Of a stretch of 64,000 nucleotides of DNA, positions 25,233 through 38,900 are shown piece after piece. How positions within the stretch are numbered: the first letter of the stretch is position 1; the number at the start of each line of letters is the position of its first letter. The stretch is from positions 9,114,001 through 9,178,000 of the forward strand of contig JBHGNT010000005.1 of NCBI GenBank assembly GCA_043228905.1, in the 5' to 3' direction. The DNA is from Azolla caroliniana. Taxonomy: Eukaryota; Plantae; Polypodiophyta. The notes beneath the pieces were generated by a model, which had not been told where the DNA came from, did no database searches, and worked only from the letters and a program-made list of their open reading frames with translations. Made by a program: the position numbers and the translations under genes.

Positions 25233-27878
25233 ATGCCGATATTTATCTCTACCGCCGTACGTCGATGGCTAGTGGAGAAATGCCTGGATGGGTACATCAT
25301 GGTCGCAGAAGCATCTCTACACCCGGATGCATTGGATATCGCACTAGGTGAGAGGCATTTCGAAATCCCCCCTGCGGAATCGCTGTAGAGGTATTTCGGC
25401 CCGTATTCCTCTTTCGCCAAGGCCTATAGAACGAAGGAGATCCCGGATCCCTTTTTCCGTGAAGTCGCCAAGTTCCTATTAGAGGTCGGATGCGTACACG
25501 TAAACGCATATGGGATGCCCAAGCAGAAGGCAGGTATCATTATTGATACCTTTGAAGGGTGTGTGGTCGACTAGGGAGTCATCACGGGGCCGACGTTAAG
25601 GGAAGGCCTACACGCATATCAAGGAGGCAAGAAGCTCAGGCCTATCATACAACAATACCTGATGGTACTATTCCCACCCCGAGGCCTACCTACACCGCAA
25701 CCTAGCAGACCCACGCTACTGCCCCGATCTGCGAAGCGCAGGTTAGTGGAGTTAGCTGCCATAGAGTGGGAGGATGAACCCCAACCCGCCCAGCCGGACA
25801 CACGGACAACGTCAGAAGAGCAGGCAGCGTGCTCCGTGGAAGCGGCACCAGAGCCAGACGCCGAACCACGGCAGGATAGCCCCAGGCCGAAACGGCGAAG
25901 ACTGGATAGGAACGATGGGCGGTGATTAGTTAAAGACGTACCCACGACGGCGGAGACAATGACCGAAGGCGACGGCTCCGCAGCCATGGAGCCCAACACC
26001 ACCTTCGAAATAATCCGGGAGCCACGGTCGATCATTATGGCCTAGTCACAACGAGGGAAAGCCGTATTGATGGTGAAAAGCAAGGTTTTGGCATATCCGG
26101 ATATCCCGGACACGGCCCATGAGTTCAGTGCACTCTTGCAGTACGGAACCTCTTTTGAAATCATGGAATTCTTGGCAACGCAATAGATAAATGCCTCACA
26201 CTGAATGGCTGAGGAGCACGCGGAGCGCCAGATGATCGAGCGCGCCTTAACACAAACGACGGAGAGCGACGATGAGGACCAGTTAGCCAAAGTCTGCAGA
26301 CGGAGGAACGCCGAAATACGCCGAATGGGGGTTGAACTACCCCCATTAAACACAACCCTAGTCGAAGTCCATAGGGAACTGGCAAAGGTCAGCATGGGCG
26401 CCAAGGAGATGGACATTAAAAATAAGAATGTTTGGAAGAAGGTGAAACTGACCCAAGCCGAGCTGCAAGAAGCCAACGAACGCATCGCGGAGTTGGAAAC
26501 TAATGCGACTACGGCACAATAGGCAACTCCACCACCAAACCACGCCATTGAAGCCTTGAAGGAAGAGATTGAGGCTCAGACCGCCATTGCCTCAAAAGCA
26601 AAAAGGGCCGTACAACTAGCGGAATCAGAAATTGACCGCCTCCGGGCTGAACTTCGCCAGTCCTCAAACAAGGAAAAGGACATCCGGGCCAATGGCCGAA
26701 AGGCAGTAAAAACCCTTGAAGAGAAACTCACTGCGGAGACAACACAACACACCCGGACAAAAGAAGAAAACGCCCAATTACAGGAGGAAGCGAAGAAATC
26801 GGAAGCGGCAATCGCGGAACTCCGGGCCTTATTGGAGAAAAAGAAGGAATGGTTCGACGAGCAGCTGGTGGGCGAACAGGAAAGAAGGCATCAGCTCGAA
26901 ATTCGCCTAAACAATGAAATGGGGAAATTAGAAGAACTACATGCGAAGGAATCCCAGCTGTGGGCGGGTATGAAGAGCACGTATGAAGAAGCGGCGGCAG
27001 TTAGTCAGCAAGAAATCGCAAACCTCAAGAAGTTGGTGAAAGAAGCACGCAACCATTGCAAGGCCATCACAGACAACGTGCTTATCCTTCTACAAACCAA
27101 TCGGGAGAGGTTTATAGCGCAATTGAAAATGGTGTTGGACAAAGGATGGATGGCATGGGCAGCCCAAGCGGCGGAATTGCACGCGTATCGTGCGGACTGG
27201 GAGAACTGGAGAAAAGACGGCCGAGGCTTCTATAAACTCAATGAGGAGAGCATTGCGGCAGTACGCGAGGACCTAGCACAGGACTATCGCGCGCTAGCGG
27301 ACCAACATTCCGAAGAACTCGCGCAACTATTAGATGATTTTGGTGAAAGTCAGGAGGATCTGTTTCACCAAATCACGCAAGCTGGCAGCACACGAACAAA
27401 TGAGGGTCCCATTGCGACGCCAATTCCGGATACTGCTGAAGAAGAGGAACCTCAGGCCAAGTCACCAGAAATCACAACTACAGTGATCAGCGCGGAATGG
27501 CGAGCGGAGTACCCCACCATACCAGATAACGTAACCTCTGCCCAAGAAGAACCCCATTTACTGGAGAATGTTGCGGACTAAGCGGAACCGCAACCCCACT
27601 CCCCAGAGCGTACAACGACATCCGACACCACGGAGGAAGTGATGGATGTGACGGAGCCGCGTCCGACCGCAAGCCCGCCGTCGGCTGAGCCCAACCCTCT
27701 AGCCCACGAAGAGTCCATAGAACCCGGGCCGCCCATACAGGACGATCGCGACACCATGAGAAGCCCTCCCGACCAAACAGGAGAACCACACCACGATGCA
27801 CATATGGGCCCTACGCTGTCCCTGGACGCGGACACCGTAGCAGAGCCAAACATCAGGGGCTTTTTGGAAGAAGAGTAA
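25233..27878 (+). pseudogene. E extra ORF3: unknown N-terminal domain, coiled coil, acidic tail
   Basis: Same-frame fragments separated by stops. Homologous to H ORF3. Confidence 0.75.
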
Positions 27879-27882
27879 AGGG

Positions 27883-27923
27883 ATGGGTCCGATGTGCCAT
27901 GGAATTGTCTCACAAGCATGCCA
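27883..27923 (+). other. tRNA-Arg 3'-end-like sequence at the PPT position of E
   Basis: ATGGGTCCGA...GTCTCACAAGCATGCCA, then GG, then the LTR. A transition-decayed equivalent of the H motif. Confidence 0.6.
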
Positions 27924-27925
27924 GG

Positions 27926-28350
27926 TGTTGTCCACCGGAATAGTAACCGACGGACAAGAGCGCAGGAATACAGAATAGTATAATATTGTGACGCATGTAA
28001 CGGTTCATGCGGGAAGCGTGAACGACTAAAAGACCCTGCATATATAAAGGGAAGAAAACTTATGATAGAGGGAGCGTGTAATTTTGAATGTAAGAGGCGT
28101 ATCGTAATAGAATTCTATCTTCTCTGATATCTGTGTGTAGCTACGGCTAATCTACTGTGTGTCTGTAACACTTGATAGCGTAGGAGTAAGTAACGGTGTG
28201 TGTGTTAGCCCATTGTTAAAGGAGCTCAGTTGTAGCCGTCTCCCTTATACGCTGCAAGGTTATGGGGAATATCCCACTAAGTATTACGCACAGACGCTAC
28301 CATTCGTTGTCACACAGTCACTTGGAGGTCTAGGTCGAAGGACTGACCGT
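27926..28350 (+). repeat. E 3' LTR, interrupted by D2; last ~18 bp deleted after 42700
   Basis: Direct repeat of 7814-7891 plus 11369-11712. Confidence 0.9.
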
Positions 28351-28705
28351 TGTCGTGAAGAAAACCGTCCCCAGGCGCAAACCGTGTATAATGTGTGTGA
28401 ACCGGCCCTTACACGTGGGCACGTCCCTTGTCGTAAAGTAGATAGGTAGGCGCAAGGGTTAAATCCTAGGTAGCAATATTCTATAGGGGAAATTGAGGAG
28501 TATCTCTGTCCGAAAGGACAGAGAATTAATGTGATGTAAACAGGTGAAACGGCCTCCCTCCTTGAGCTATAAAAGAGAGGGAGACGAGGGAGAGAGGAAA
28601 TCGCGTGCGAGAAGGAACGAAGTGCTGTCGGACTGGGACCGAGCTCTTCTTCTCTGTCGTTCCCCATAGCTTTCTTTTGCGCAGGTTCTCAGGAGGCTAA
28701 TTCTG

Positions 28706-29213
28706 CTCCGTGGAACGCCCGTGTGCTTCCGCTAGAATCTCCATCTTGCTCTCCTGTGTGCGTGGGTGATCAGGCGTCGGCATCCACCTCGCCGACCTGA
28801 TTGGCTGTAACCGTTCGAGTCGTCTGCATACATACAAATACATGCATATATTTACATACATACTCTAGTGTTCTCAACTCCACCGTGGAACACCCGTGTG
28901 CTTCCAGCAGAATCTCCATCTTGCTCTCCTGTGTGCGTGGGTGATCAGGCGTCGGCATCCACCTCGCCGACCTGATTGGCTGTAACCGTTCGAGTCGTCT
29001 GCATACATACAAATACATGCATATATTTACATACATACTCCACCGTGGAACGCCCGTGTGCTTCCGGCAGAATCTCCATCTTGCTCTCCTGTGTGCGTGG
29101 GTGATCAGGCGTCGGCATCCACCTCGCTGACCTGATTGGCTGTAACCGTTCGAGTCGTCTGCATACATACAAATACATGCATATATTTACATATATAATC
29201 TAGTGTTCTCAAC
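28706..29213 (+). repeat. Three tandem ~160-175 bp units in the D2 5' LTR
   Basis: Unit CGTGGAACGCCCGTGTGCTTCC...TTTACATACATACTC appears three times here and once in the 3' LTR. Confidence 0.9.
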
Positions 29214-29413
29214 TCGCGTTTCCTGTGTTGTTGTGCCGCGTCCCCGTGCGCTTCTTTGTCTATACGTGAGTGAGCGTCTCTCTCTCTCTCTCTTTTCCCT
29301 CACCTATTCCTCGGTCCAAGACCCCAGTGGTCCCGCCTTGTTCTCCACGCACGCGCGTAACAACGCGACATATTTGGTGAACCCGACGTGAACAGGCGGC
29401 AGAGGAGTAGAAG

Positions 29414-31527
29414 ATGAGGGGGTCGGACCTCACAGAAGCCATGGCTTCGGCTGTGGACCGTATAGTGAGTGCGCGCGAAGGCTCCGGCGCCCTTGATAGG
29501 GCTATCGAGGCGGTTGTCGGTACGATCGGCTGGTTTAGTGGGAAGGATGCCACAAGCTACTTGGCGTCCTACCGGGCTGAGATGGTAATGAGGGACATTT
29601 CGGAAGAGAGGCGTCTAGCCGGATTCCCTCGAGTGGCGATGCCGGGCATCCATACGGAGGTGCTCGAGATACGGGCCGAGAGTCGGACCTGGGAGGAGTT
29701 CGAAGGTCGGCTCCTCGAAAGATATGGGCTTGAAGATGCGCTTCGGCTTTCGAAGCGGGACTTCATGGAGTGGGTGGAGACCCCCGACAAAGGAAGGAAC
29801 GCGTCAGTGCTCCTTCGGGAGTTTGAGGAATGCTTCGCGCGCCTCTCGGTGCTTGACCGGGCCGTTCTGGACACAAGCTGTGTCCTATTGTTTGTTAAGT
29901 CGGTTGACGAGCGGGATCGGGAGCAGGTAGGCCTCCTATTGGAGACTGATGATGGGCTGATGGCTGACTGGGCCGTGGTGAAAAGGGTCTGTGGCCGTTT
30001 CGACCAACGGCGGGAATGGGTTGACAAAGGGTCGACAGGGGCGGGCTCTGTCGCAGCAAGGAAGCTTGAGCCAACACCACCAACGCGAAGGGAAGAGACC
30101 CGAGATTGGCTCGAGACCGGATTGGCTTCAACCGGCATGGTCAAGGGCTCGTCTGGGGGAGCAGCTCTGGAGGAGCTGACGCGGATGGTAATGGATCTCC
30201 AAATCGCCCAAGCATGGAGGGATGGTGGCGAACAGACCCGTGACCGACGACCTCTGGCTGAAAACAGGTGCATGTGGTGTGACGCGGTTGGGCACATCCG
30301 GAAGGACTGCGGGGACTTCGCCGAGGCGATGAGAAGCAACGTGGTGTACCTGTGGAACGGTCGGGTGCACGCCAGCGAGACCCGAAGGGCCCTGAACCTG
30401 AACGTCGGGCGAGGGGGTATGAAAAGGCTGATGGAGGAGGCGGCGGCTCGTCACGCAGAGACCGTCCACTACTCGGTGTGAGCTGGTATTCGGGTCGGAG
30501 GTGGCGAGGCCCCGAAGACGAACAAAGCCGGGTTCTGGAAGGCCTCGCCGGCGCACGGCTAAGGAAAGAAGAGGTGGACCGCGCGGAAAAACGGGTCCGG
30601 GAGGTAACCGGGTGGAGTGACCCGGTGGAAGAAAAGACGGGCTTCGTCGAAGCCGCTTGTCAAAACTACGAGGCTCTGGTGGAGGACAAGCAAGTAGGGA
30701 AAACCGGAGGGGCCGGGCCCTCGCAGCAATATGAAACTCGATTCGGGCAAAGACGGAATGAGGCCGGTGTAACCAGCGGCCAGGATAATCCCAAGAAGGG
30801 CGGGTACCGGCTGGGCACAGAAATCGAAAGATCCACGGACCTGCGAAAGGTCCTGGAAGAATGAATCCTCGACAGCAAGGTGGAACTGTCGCTGAGGGAA
30901 GTGCTCGAGATCTCCAAGAAGGAGTTCCACGACTCCATCGTAGACTTGGTGAAGAGGCAGAGGCTGTCGACGGAGACAGAACCGGAGAAGCCGGTGGAGG
31001 TGCGGACGACGCACATAGAGGACATGGCGCTGGAAGACGAGTTGGCGGAGAGCCACTATTCGAGGCCGCACTGGGCCAGAGCGACCACGGAGACCCCCGT
31101 GAAGATCGGAGATGTTCATGAACCGGTGGTGGCGTTGGTGGACCATGGTTCAGAAATCAATTTGATGTCTATGGACTTCTATAAGAAGGGAAAATGGCCG
31201 ATCAACACCAAGCACGGGTGGAAAATACGTGCAACGACGCGTGCCACCGAAGAGCTGCGTGGAGCCTGCCCGAATGTACGAGTAAAGATCGGCGATGTCG
31301 AGATTGACCAACACTTCTTCGTACAGGAGACGTCCTCACATCCGGTTATACTAGGAGAACCGTACATCACGGCAGCACGGATGGAGACCAAGGTGTTGGA
31401 CAACAGCTCGGCCTATGCAAGGGTCAAGAGCCAGGATGGGCGTCACTCCATCCAGTTCCTGACGGTGAGACCGAACCATGAGCGGAACTGCGAGACCCTC
31501 GGGGGCGAAAGTCGAGAGGATTTTTAG
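29414..31527 (+). pseudogene. gag: D2 gag-PR
   Basis: CMWCDAVGHIRKDC and LVDHGSEIN, with stops and a frameshift. Confidence 0.9.
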
Positions 31528-33771
31528 AAAGGGCTATCAAGACGTGGGGCCGCGATAGTCCGAGCACTCCGGGAAAACCCCACAAGTGTACGATAGCGAG
31601 GAAGACCTGTACTATAAGTAGGAAATTTTGGTTCTCCGACAACGGAGGGTGTACGATAGTCGACGTTGTTGGGCGGAAGAAGAAGAGGGCGGAGGAGCGA
31701 CTTCGGGCATGTGGTATCCTCGGCCTCGGAGAGGAAATCAATGGAGCCGTGGAGGCGGTCTCTTTCGACGATACCTTGGGGGAGCTGCGAGAGGTAGTCG
31801 GAGGAGTCCTTAAAGAGGACCGGACGATTCCGGTATGTTCGGAAAAGATGTACGAAGTCATCGCGGACTTCAGTAGAGGGCTCGAGTCGGATCGGACGGC
31901 CCGTGTGGACACGAGGTACAAGACTGTGGACCGGAAGGTGAGGCCAGTCGCGGAGCCCTTGCCGGAGGGCAGCGAGTTGCGAATAAAGGGGGTTGCGTCG
32001 GACCCGAGTTTACGAAATCCGGCCCGCATAGGACACACGTTCACCGACATAACGCTGCGCGAGCTCAAAATCGGTGGGGGCGGCTTCCTACTGCTGGCGG
32101 AAGAGGACCGTTTTCGGGGAATGCTCGGAAGGCACGGGAGGGCTTTCGCATTCTCACCAGAGGAGATCGGGTGCGTAGACCCGACAATCGTGGAACCAAT
32201 GGTGATATTCACGGTACCGCATGTGCCGTGGAGTCTCAAACCAATTCCAGTACCCAGAGCTCACATCCCGAAGCTGATGGAGCTGTTAAAGCAGAAGATT
32301 GAGATGGGAATCCTCGAACCGTCGAGTGCCCCATACTCGAATCGGTGGTTTACCGTGCCGAAGAAGGATGGCACGCTGCGCTTTATTCAAGACCTGCAGC
32401 CGTTCAACAAGGTGACCATTCGAAACGCGGGAATCAGACCGACAATAGACGAGTTCGCGGAGGCCTTCGCCGGAAGGTCGATTTACTCAGTCGGTGATCT
32501 CTACTCGGGGTACGATCAGTTCCAGCTTGCCGTAGAGAGCAGAGACATCATGACAATGCGAACTCCTCTCGGCCTAGTACGGATGTGTACCCTGCCGCAA
32601 GGAGGGACGAACTCGGTGGCTCACATGGTGAACGCAATGAACAAAGTGCTGAGGGATTGTATCCCGGACATCACCATGCCGTTTTTGGACGACGTCCCGA
32701 TCAAGGGATGCCTGGTGGAGGAAAGGGACGAGACGATCGGACCGGACGGATGCCGGAAATTCGTGGCGATGCACATCGATGATTGCGAGAAGGTGCTGCA
32801 GAGGTTGGAGGGCGCGAGGCTCACCTTCTCCGGGGCAATTAGAGATCATGGTCGTCGGACACCTATGCGGGCCGTACGGCCGGAAACCGTCTCCGGCTAA
32901 GGTAGAAGCCATCTCCGCGATGAAGAACGATTGTAGCTCGGTCACGGAGGTTCGGAGGTTCTTGGGAGCGTGCGCGTTCTATCACATATGGATCCCGCAT
33001 TACCCTCACGTCGCGGAGCCGTTATACGGGTTGCGGAAAAAGGGGCGAAAATTCGAGTGGAGAGACGAGCATACGGAGTCTGTCCGGAAGATGAAGGAAG
33101 CACTTGCTGCGGCTCCAGCGCTCCGAAAGGCTGTGTACGGAAAGAGCACTCCAATTTACGTTGTCGTGAAGAAAACCGTCCACAAGCGGAATCGGTGCAC
33201 CGGGGCGTAGGAACCGGCTCTTCATGCACGTGCGCCTTATGTTGTACATAGGAGATCCTAGGCAGGCAGATTTGGTAGGTGGGAAGTAAAGGGGAAACGG
33301 CTCCTTCCTTGCCTATAAAAGGAGGGAGACGAGGAGGAGGAAGGGATCGCGGAGAGTCGAGGAGGAAGTGCTGTCGGTTTGGGTGCGAAGGCTTCTCTCT
33401 CTCTCGGGCTCGCAAACTCCATAGCTTCTTTCTGTGCAGGCTTCGGGAGGCTCGCGCTGCTCTGAGGAATGCCCGAGTGCTTCCGGCAGCACCTCCAACC
33501 AGCTCCTTTCTTCCTGTACGTTTACGAACAGGCATCAGCATCTGTTCGCCGGCCTGTTCGGTTGTAACTGCTTTCGTGTTCTTGTTGTTGTCTTTGTTAA
33601 TACATACATACCTTCGTGTCTTTGTGTCGAAGGGCCGTGTCCCTATGAATCTACGCTCGCACGTGGTGGGTCTCTTCTCTTTTCTCTCTTGCTCTTCGGT
33701 ACAGGACCCCCGAGGTCCCGCCTCATTCCACGCATCCGCGAGGAATACCTCGACATCTTGGTGTACCCGAC

Positions 33772-35925
33772 GTGAAGGAGGCGGCAGAAGAGCAGAAGAT
33801 GAAAGGGTCGGATCTTGCGGAGGCCATGGCTTCGGCCGTGGATCGGATATTGAGCGCACGCGAGGGCTCCGGCGCCCTCGACAGAGCCATTGAGGCGGTC
33901 GTCGGTATGATCGGCCGGTTCAGCGGAAAGGATGCCACGAAGTATTTGGCGTCCTACGGGGCAGAAATGCTGATGCGGGACATTCCGGAAGAGAGGCGTC
34001 TTGCCGAGTTACCTCGAGTGGCGATGCCGAGCATCCATGCGGAGGTGCTCGAGGTGTGGGCGGAGAGCCGTACCTGGGAGGAGTTCGAAGGCCGACTCCT
34101 GGAAAAATACGGGTTGGACGACACGTTCCGGCTTTCGAAACGAGACTTCATGGAATGGGTGGAGTCCCCTGGCAAGGGAAGAAACGCGTCGGCACTCCTC
34201 CAGGAGTTCGAAGAACGCTTTGCGTGCCTTTCGGCGCTTGACCGAACCGTTCTGGATACAAGCTGGGTCCTACTGTTCGTCAAGTCGGTGGACGAGCGGG
34301 ACCGGCATCAAGTCGGCTCCTTGCTGGAAACCGAAGACGGGCTGACAACCGACTGGGCTGCGGTTAAGAGAGTCTGTGGCTGTTTCGACAAACGACGAGA
34401 ATGGGCTGAAAACGGGGCGGCCGGTGCGGGCTCTGTTACAGCAAGGAGACTTGAACCGGTGCCGCAAGTGTGAAGGGAAGAAACCCGGGAATGGCTCGAA
34501 ACCGGTCCGGCTTCGACCGGCATGGTCAATGGCTCGTCCGGAGGAGCAGCGCTGGAGGAGTTGACGCGGGCGATAAAGGATCTCCAGATCGCCCAGACTC
34601 GAAGGGAAGGAGGCAAACCAGCTCGTGAGTGACGGCCGGCAGCGGGGAACAGGTGCATGTGGTGCGACGAGGTCAGCCACATTCGGAAGGACTGCGGCGA
34701 TTTCGCGGAGGCGTTGAGGAACCGGGTGGTGTACCTGTGGGAAGGCCGGGTGCATGCCGGCGATACCAGAAGGGCCCTAAACCGAAACGACGGGCGAGGA
34801 GGTATGAAGAGACTAATGGAAGAGGCAACGGCCCGACACGTGGAGGCCATCCACTACTCGGCGTCGGCCGGCATTCGGGTCGGGGGCAGCGAGGCCCGAA
34901 AGGAGGGCAAAGACGGATTCTGGTCGGCAATGCTGGAAGGTCTTGCCGGCGCACGGTTGAAGAAAGATGAAACGGACCGCGCTGAGAGATGGGTCCGGGA
35001 AATAACCGGGTGGAGCGATCCGGTCGAGGAGAAGACGGGCTTCGTAGAAGCCGCCTGCCAGAACTACGAGGCTCTGGTAGAAGGCAAACGAGTGGGGAAA
35101 GCCGGGGCGGCCGGGCCTTCACAACGGTACGAGACCCGATTCGGGCAACGATGGAACAATGCCGGCGGGTCCAGCTCGCAAGATAACCCCAAGAAGGGCG
35201 GATACCGACTGGGGACGGAAATAGAAAGGACTACGGACCTATGGAAGGTCCTAGAGGAACGGATCCTCAACAGCAAAGTGGAGCTGTCATTGCGGGAGGT
35301 GCTAGGGATTGCTAAGAAGGAGTTCCACGACTCCATTGTGGACTTGGTGAAGCGGAAGAGGCTGTCGACGGAGACGGAACCGGAAAGACCGGTGGAGGTG
35401 CGGATGACGCACATCGACGACTTGGCGCTGGAAGATGAGTGGGCGGAGAGCCACTATTCGAGGCCACACTGGGCCCGAGCGACCACGGAGACCCCGGTAA
35501 AGATCGGAGATGTTCAGGAACCGGTGGTGGCATTGGTGGACCACGGTTCGGAAATAAACCTGATGTCCATGGACTTCTATAAGAAGGGAAAGTGGCCGAT
35601 CAACACCAAGCACGGGTGGAAGATACGGGCGGCGACGCGCGCCACCGAGGAACTGCACGGGGCCTGCCCGAACGTGCGAGTCAAGATCGGCGACGTCGAG
35701 ATTGACCAGCACTTCTTCGTACAGGAGACGTCCTCACACCCGGTCATATTAGGGGAACCGTACATCACGGCGGTGCGAATGGAGACCAAGGTGCTAGACA
35801 ACGGTTCGGCCTACGCGAGGGTCAAAAGCCAGGACGGGCGCCATTCGGTGCAATTTCTGACGGTGCGGCCGAACCACGAGCGAAACCGCGAATCCCTCGG
35901 CGGCGAGAACCAGGAGGATTTTTAG
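33772..35925 (+). pseudogene. gag: D3 gag-PR (two in-frame stops)
   Basis: Colinear with D1. Confidence 0.9.
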
Positions 35926-38900
35926 AGAGGGCTGCCAAGGCGTGGGGCCGAGACAGCCCGGACACTCAGGAAAGACCCCACGACTGTACGATAGGTAGGA
36001 AATTTTGCTTCTCCAACAACGGAGGGTGTATGATAGTCGGCATCGTTGGCCGAGAAAAGACAAGGGCGGAAGTGCGACTTCGAGCGTGCGGAGTCCTCGG
36101 CCCGGACGAGGAAATCAGCGGAGCCGTGGAGGCGGTCTCCTTCGACGACACCTTGGGAATGCTGAGGGAGGTAGCCGGAGAAGACCTTAACGAAGACCGG
36201 ACGATACCGGTATGTTCCGAAGAGATGTACGAAGTCATCGCGAACTTCAGTCGGGGGCTCGGGTCGGATCAGACGGCCCGAGTTAGCACCAAGTACAAGA
36301 CTGTGGACCGGAAGGTAAGGCCAGTCGCGGCACCCTTACCGGAGGGCAGCGAGTCCCGGATCAGAGGGGTTGCGTCGGACCCCAGTTTGCGAGATCCGGT
36401 CTGCATAGGACACACCTTCACCGACGGAACGCTCTGGGAGCTCAAAATCGGTGGGGGCGGGTTCCTACCGCCGGCGGAGGAAGACCGGTTTCGGAGAATG
36501 CTCGGAAGGCACGGGAAAGCCTTCGCATTCTCACCGGAAGAGATCGGGTGTGTAGACCCGACAATCGTGGACCCGATGGTGATATTCACGATACCGCATG
36601 TGCCGTGGAATCTCAAGCCGATTCCAGTACCGAGAGCTCACATCCCGAAGTTGATGGAGCTATTGAGGCAGAAAGTCGATATGGGCATTCTCGAGCCGTC
36701 GAGTGCCCCATACTCGAACCGATGGTTTACCGTACCAAAGAAAAACGGAACATTGCGCTTCATTCAAGACCTGCAGCCGGTCAACAGAGTGACCATTCGG
36801 AACGCAGGGATCGGACCGACCATAGACGAGTTCGCGGAGGCCTTCGCCGGAAGGTCGATTTACTCGGTCGGTGATCTGTACTCGGGGTACGACCAGTTCC
36901 AACTAGCCGTGGAGAGCAGGGACATCACGACGATGCGAACTCCCCTCGGCCTAGTGCGAATGTGTACCCTGCCACAAGGAGGGACCAACTCGGTGGCCCA
37001 CATGGTGAATGCAATGAACAAGGTACTGAGGGATTGCATCCCGGACATCACCATGCCATTTCTAGATGACATCCCGATCAAGGGGTGCCCGGTAGAAGAG
37101 AAGGACGAAACACTCGGGCCGGACGGATGTCGGCGATTCGTGGCAACACACATCGACGACTGCGAGAAGGTGCTACAAAGGCTAGAGGATGCGAGGCTCA
37201 CCTTCTCTGGGGAGAAATCGGCCTTCGGGCAATCAGAAATCCTGGTGGTCGGACACCTGTGTGGACCATATGGCCGGAAGCTGTCGCCGGCAAAGGTAGA
37301 AGCCATCTCCGCGATGAAGACCGACTGTAGCTCGGTTACGGAAGTTCGGAGGTTCCTGGGGGCATGCGCGTTCTACACATATGGATCCCGCATTACGCCC
37401 ACGTTGCGGAGCCGCTATACGGGTTGCTGAAGAAAGGGCGAAAATTCGAGTGGCGAGACGAGCACACGGAGTCGGTCCGGAAGCTGAAGGAAGCTCTTGC
37501 GGCAGCACCGGCGCTCCGGAAGGCTGTCTACGGGAAGGATACCCCGGTATACATAACGGTGGATACGAGTCCGACCGGGATCGGATGGGTCGTCAACCAA
37601 GAAGACGAGGGCGGCATTCGGTTCCCGATCCGATTCGGCGCAAAGGTCCTCAGTGAGCGACAGCGAGGGTATGCCCAGGTTAAACGCGAACTCTGGGGTA
37701 TCGTTTCGGCAGTAAAGACCGACAAAGACTACCTAATCGGGACAGAAGTAATTATCGAGACGGATTGCCTGCCAATTCTCGGCATGGTTTCCGGATGCGT
37801 GACACCGGACCTGGCGATGCTCAGGTGGATAGCGCACATCAAGTCCCTGGACCCGGAAATGCGACACATTTCCGGAAAGGACAACGCCATGGCCCACATG
37901 CTTTCGAGGGCGAGGTTTGATGACGAGGGCGGCATGGTTTCGGAGGACGAAGAAGTCGGCGTGGACTTCTTCGAGGCGGCGTACGTGACGACCGATGGGA
38001 CGAGCACTCCGGCACTTAACGACTTCAACGAGAGCAAGTACGACGGCGAGTGGCTCCAGATCGGTGGATTTTTGAGGACAATGACACCGGATGCGTCGTG
38101 GACGAGGGACGAGGCCAACCGGATCCGGAAGAAAGCATACCGATTCTTTCTCCGGGACGGATACTTATGGAAGCACCCGAAGAAGAGGAACGGCGTCCCG
38201 CTCCGGGTGGTGGCGATGAAGAAAGAACAGGAGGAGCTGCTGACGGCCTACCACGACAGCCCTTGGGCTGGACACCGTGGAACGTGGGCCACGTTCGAGA
38301 AGATAAAGGGGAAGTACTGGTGGCCGGGACTGTACCGGGACGTGCATCGGTTCGTGACAACTTGCGAGAGCTGTCAGATGCACTCCATAGTCCGACATCG
38401 GGACGAGCTTCACCCTACGTACCCTCCGACCATCCACTTCAAATGGATGGTAGATCTGGTGACGATGCCGATGGGAGTAGGACAGATGCGGTATCTGGTC
38501 CTGGCTCGGGAAGATCTGACGAACCAGGTGGAAGGCCGAGCCCTTGAGAACAAAACGACCGCGGCCGTATGTCGGTTCCTGATTGAGGACGTGATATGCC
38601 AGTACGGGTGCGTCGGGAAGATCGTGGTTGATCGCGGGGAGTTGGACGCCGAAGAGGCCGAGGAGCTGTTCGACCGGCTAGGAGTCAAGCTCTCGCTTAC
38701 CACTGCGTACAATCCGGAGGCGAATGGAAAGGTGGAGCGCGGACACGGACCGATCGTCAAGGTGTTAGTTCAGGCATGCGGAGGTCAAGTCGGGAACTGG
38801 CCGCGGCTGCTGCCTTACGCGTTGTGGGCTGAGCGAACTACGCACAATTCGGTAACCGGGTTCATGCCGACAGAGCTCATGTTTGGGCAGAAGCCGGTCA

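Noticed and set aside
26205-27581. Host SMC/myosin-like coiled-coil gene captured by E
   Set aside because: It sits at the same position and is homologous in E and H with no introns, so it is an element ORF. Coiled-coil resemblance is non-specific.
28706-29213. CRISPR-like array
   Set aside because: Tandem ~170-bp units with no unique spacers, no cas genes and a eukaryotic LTR context.
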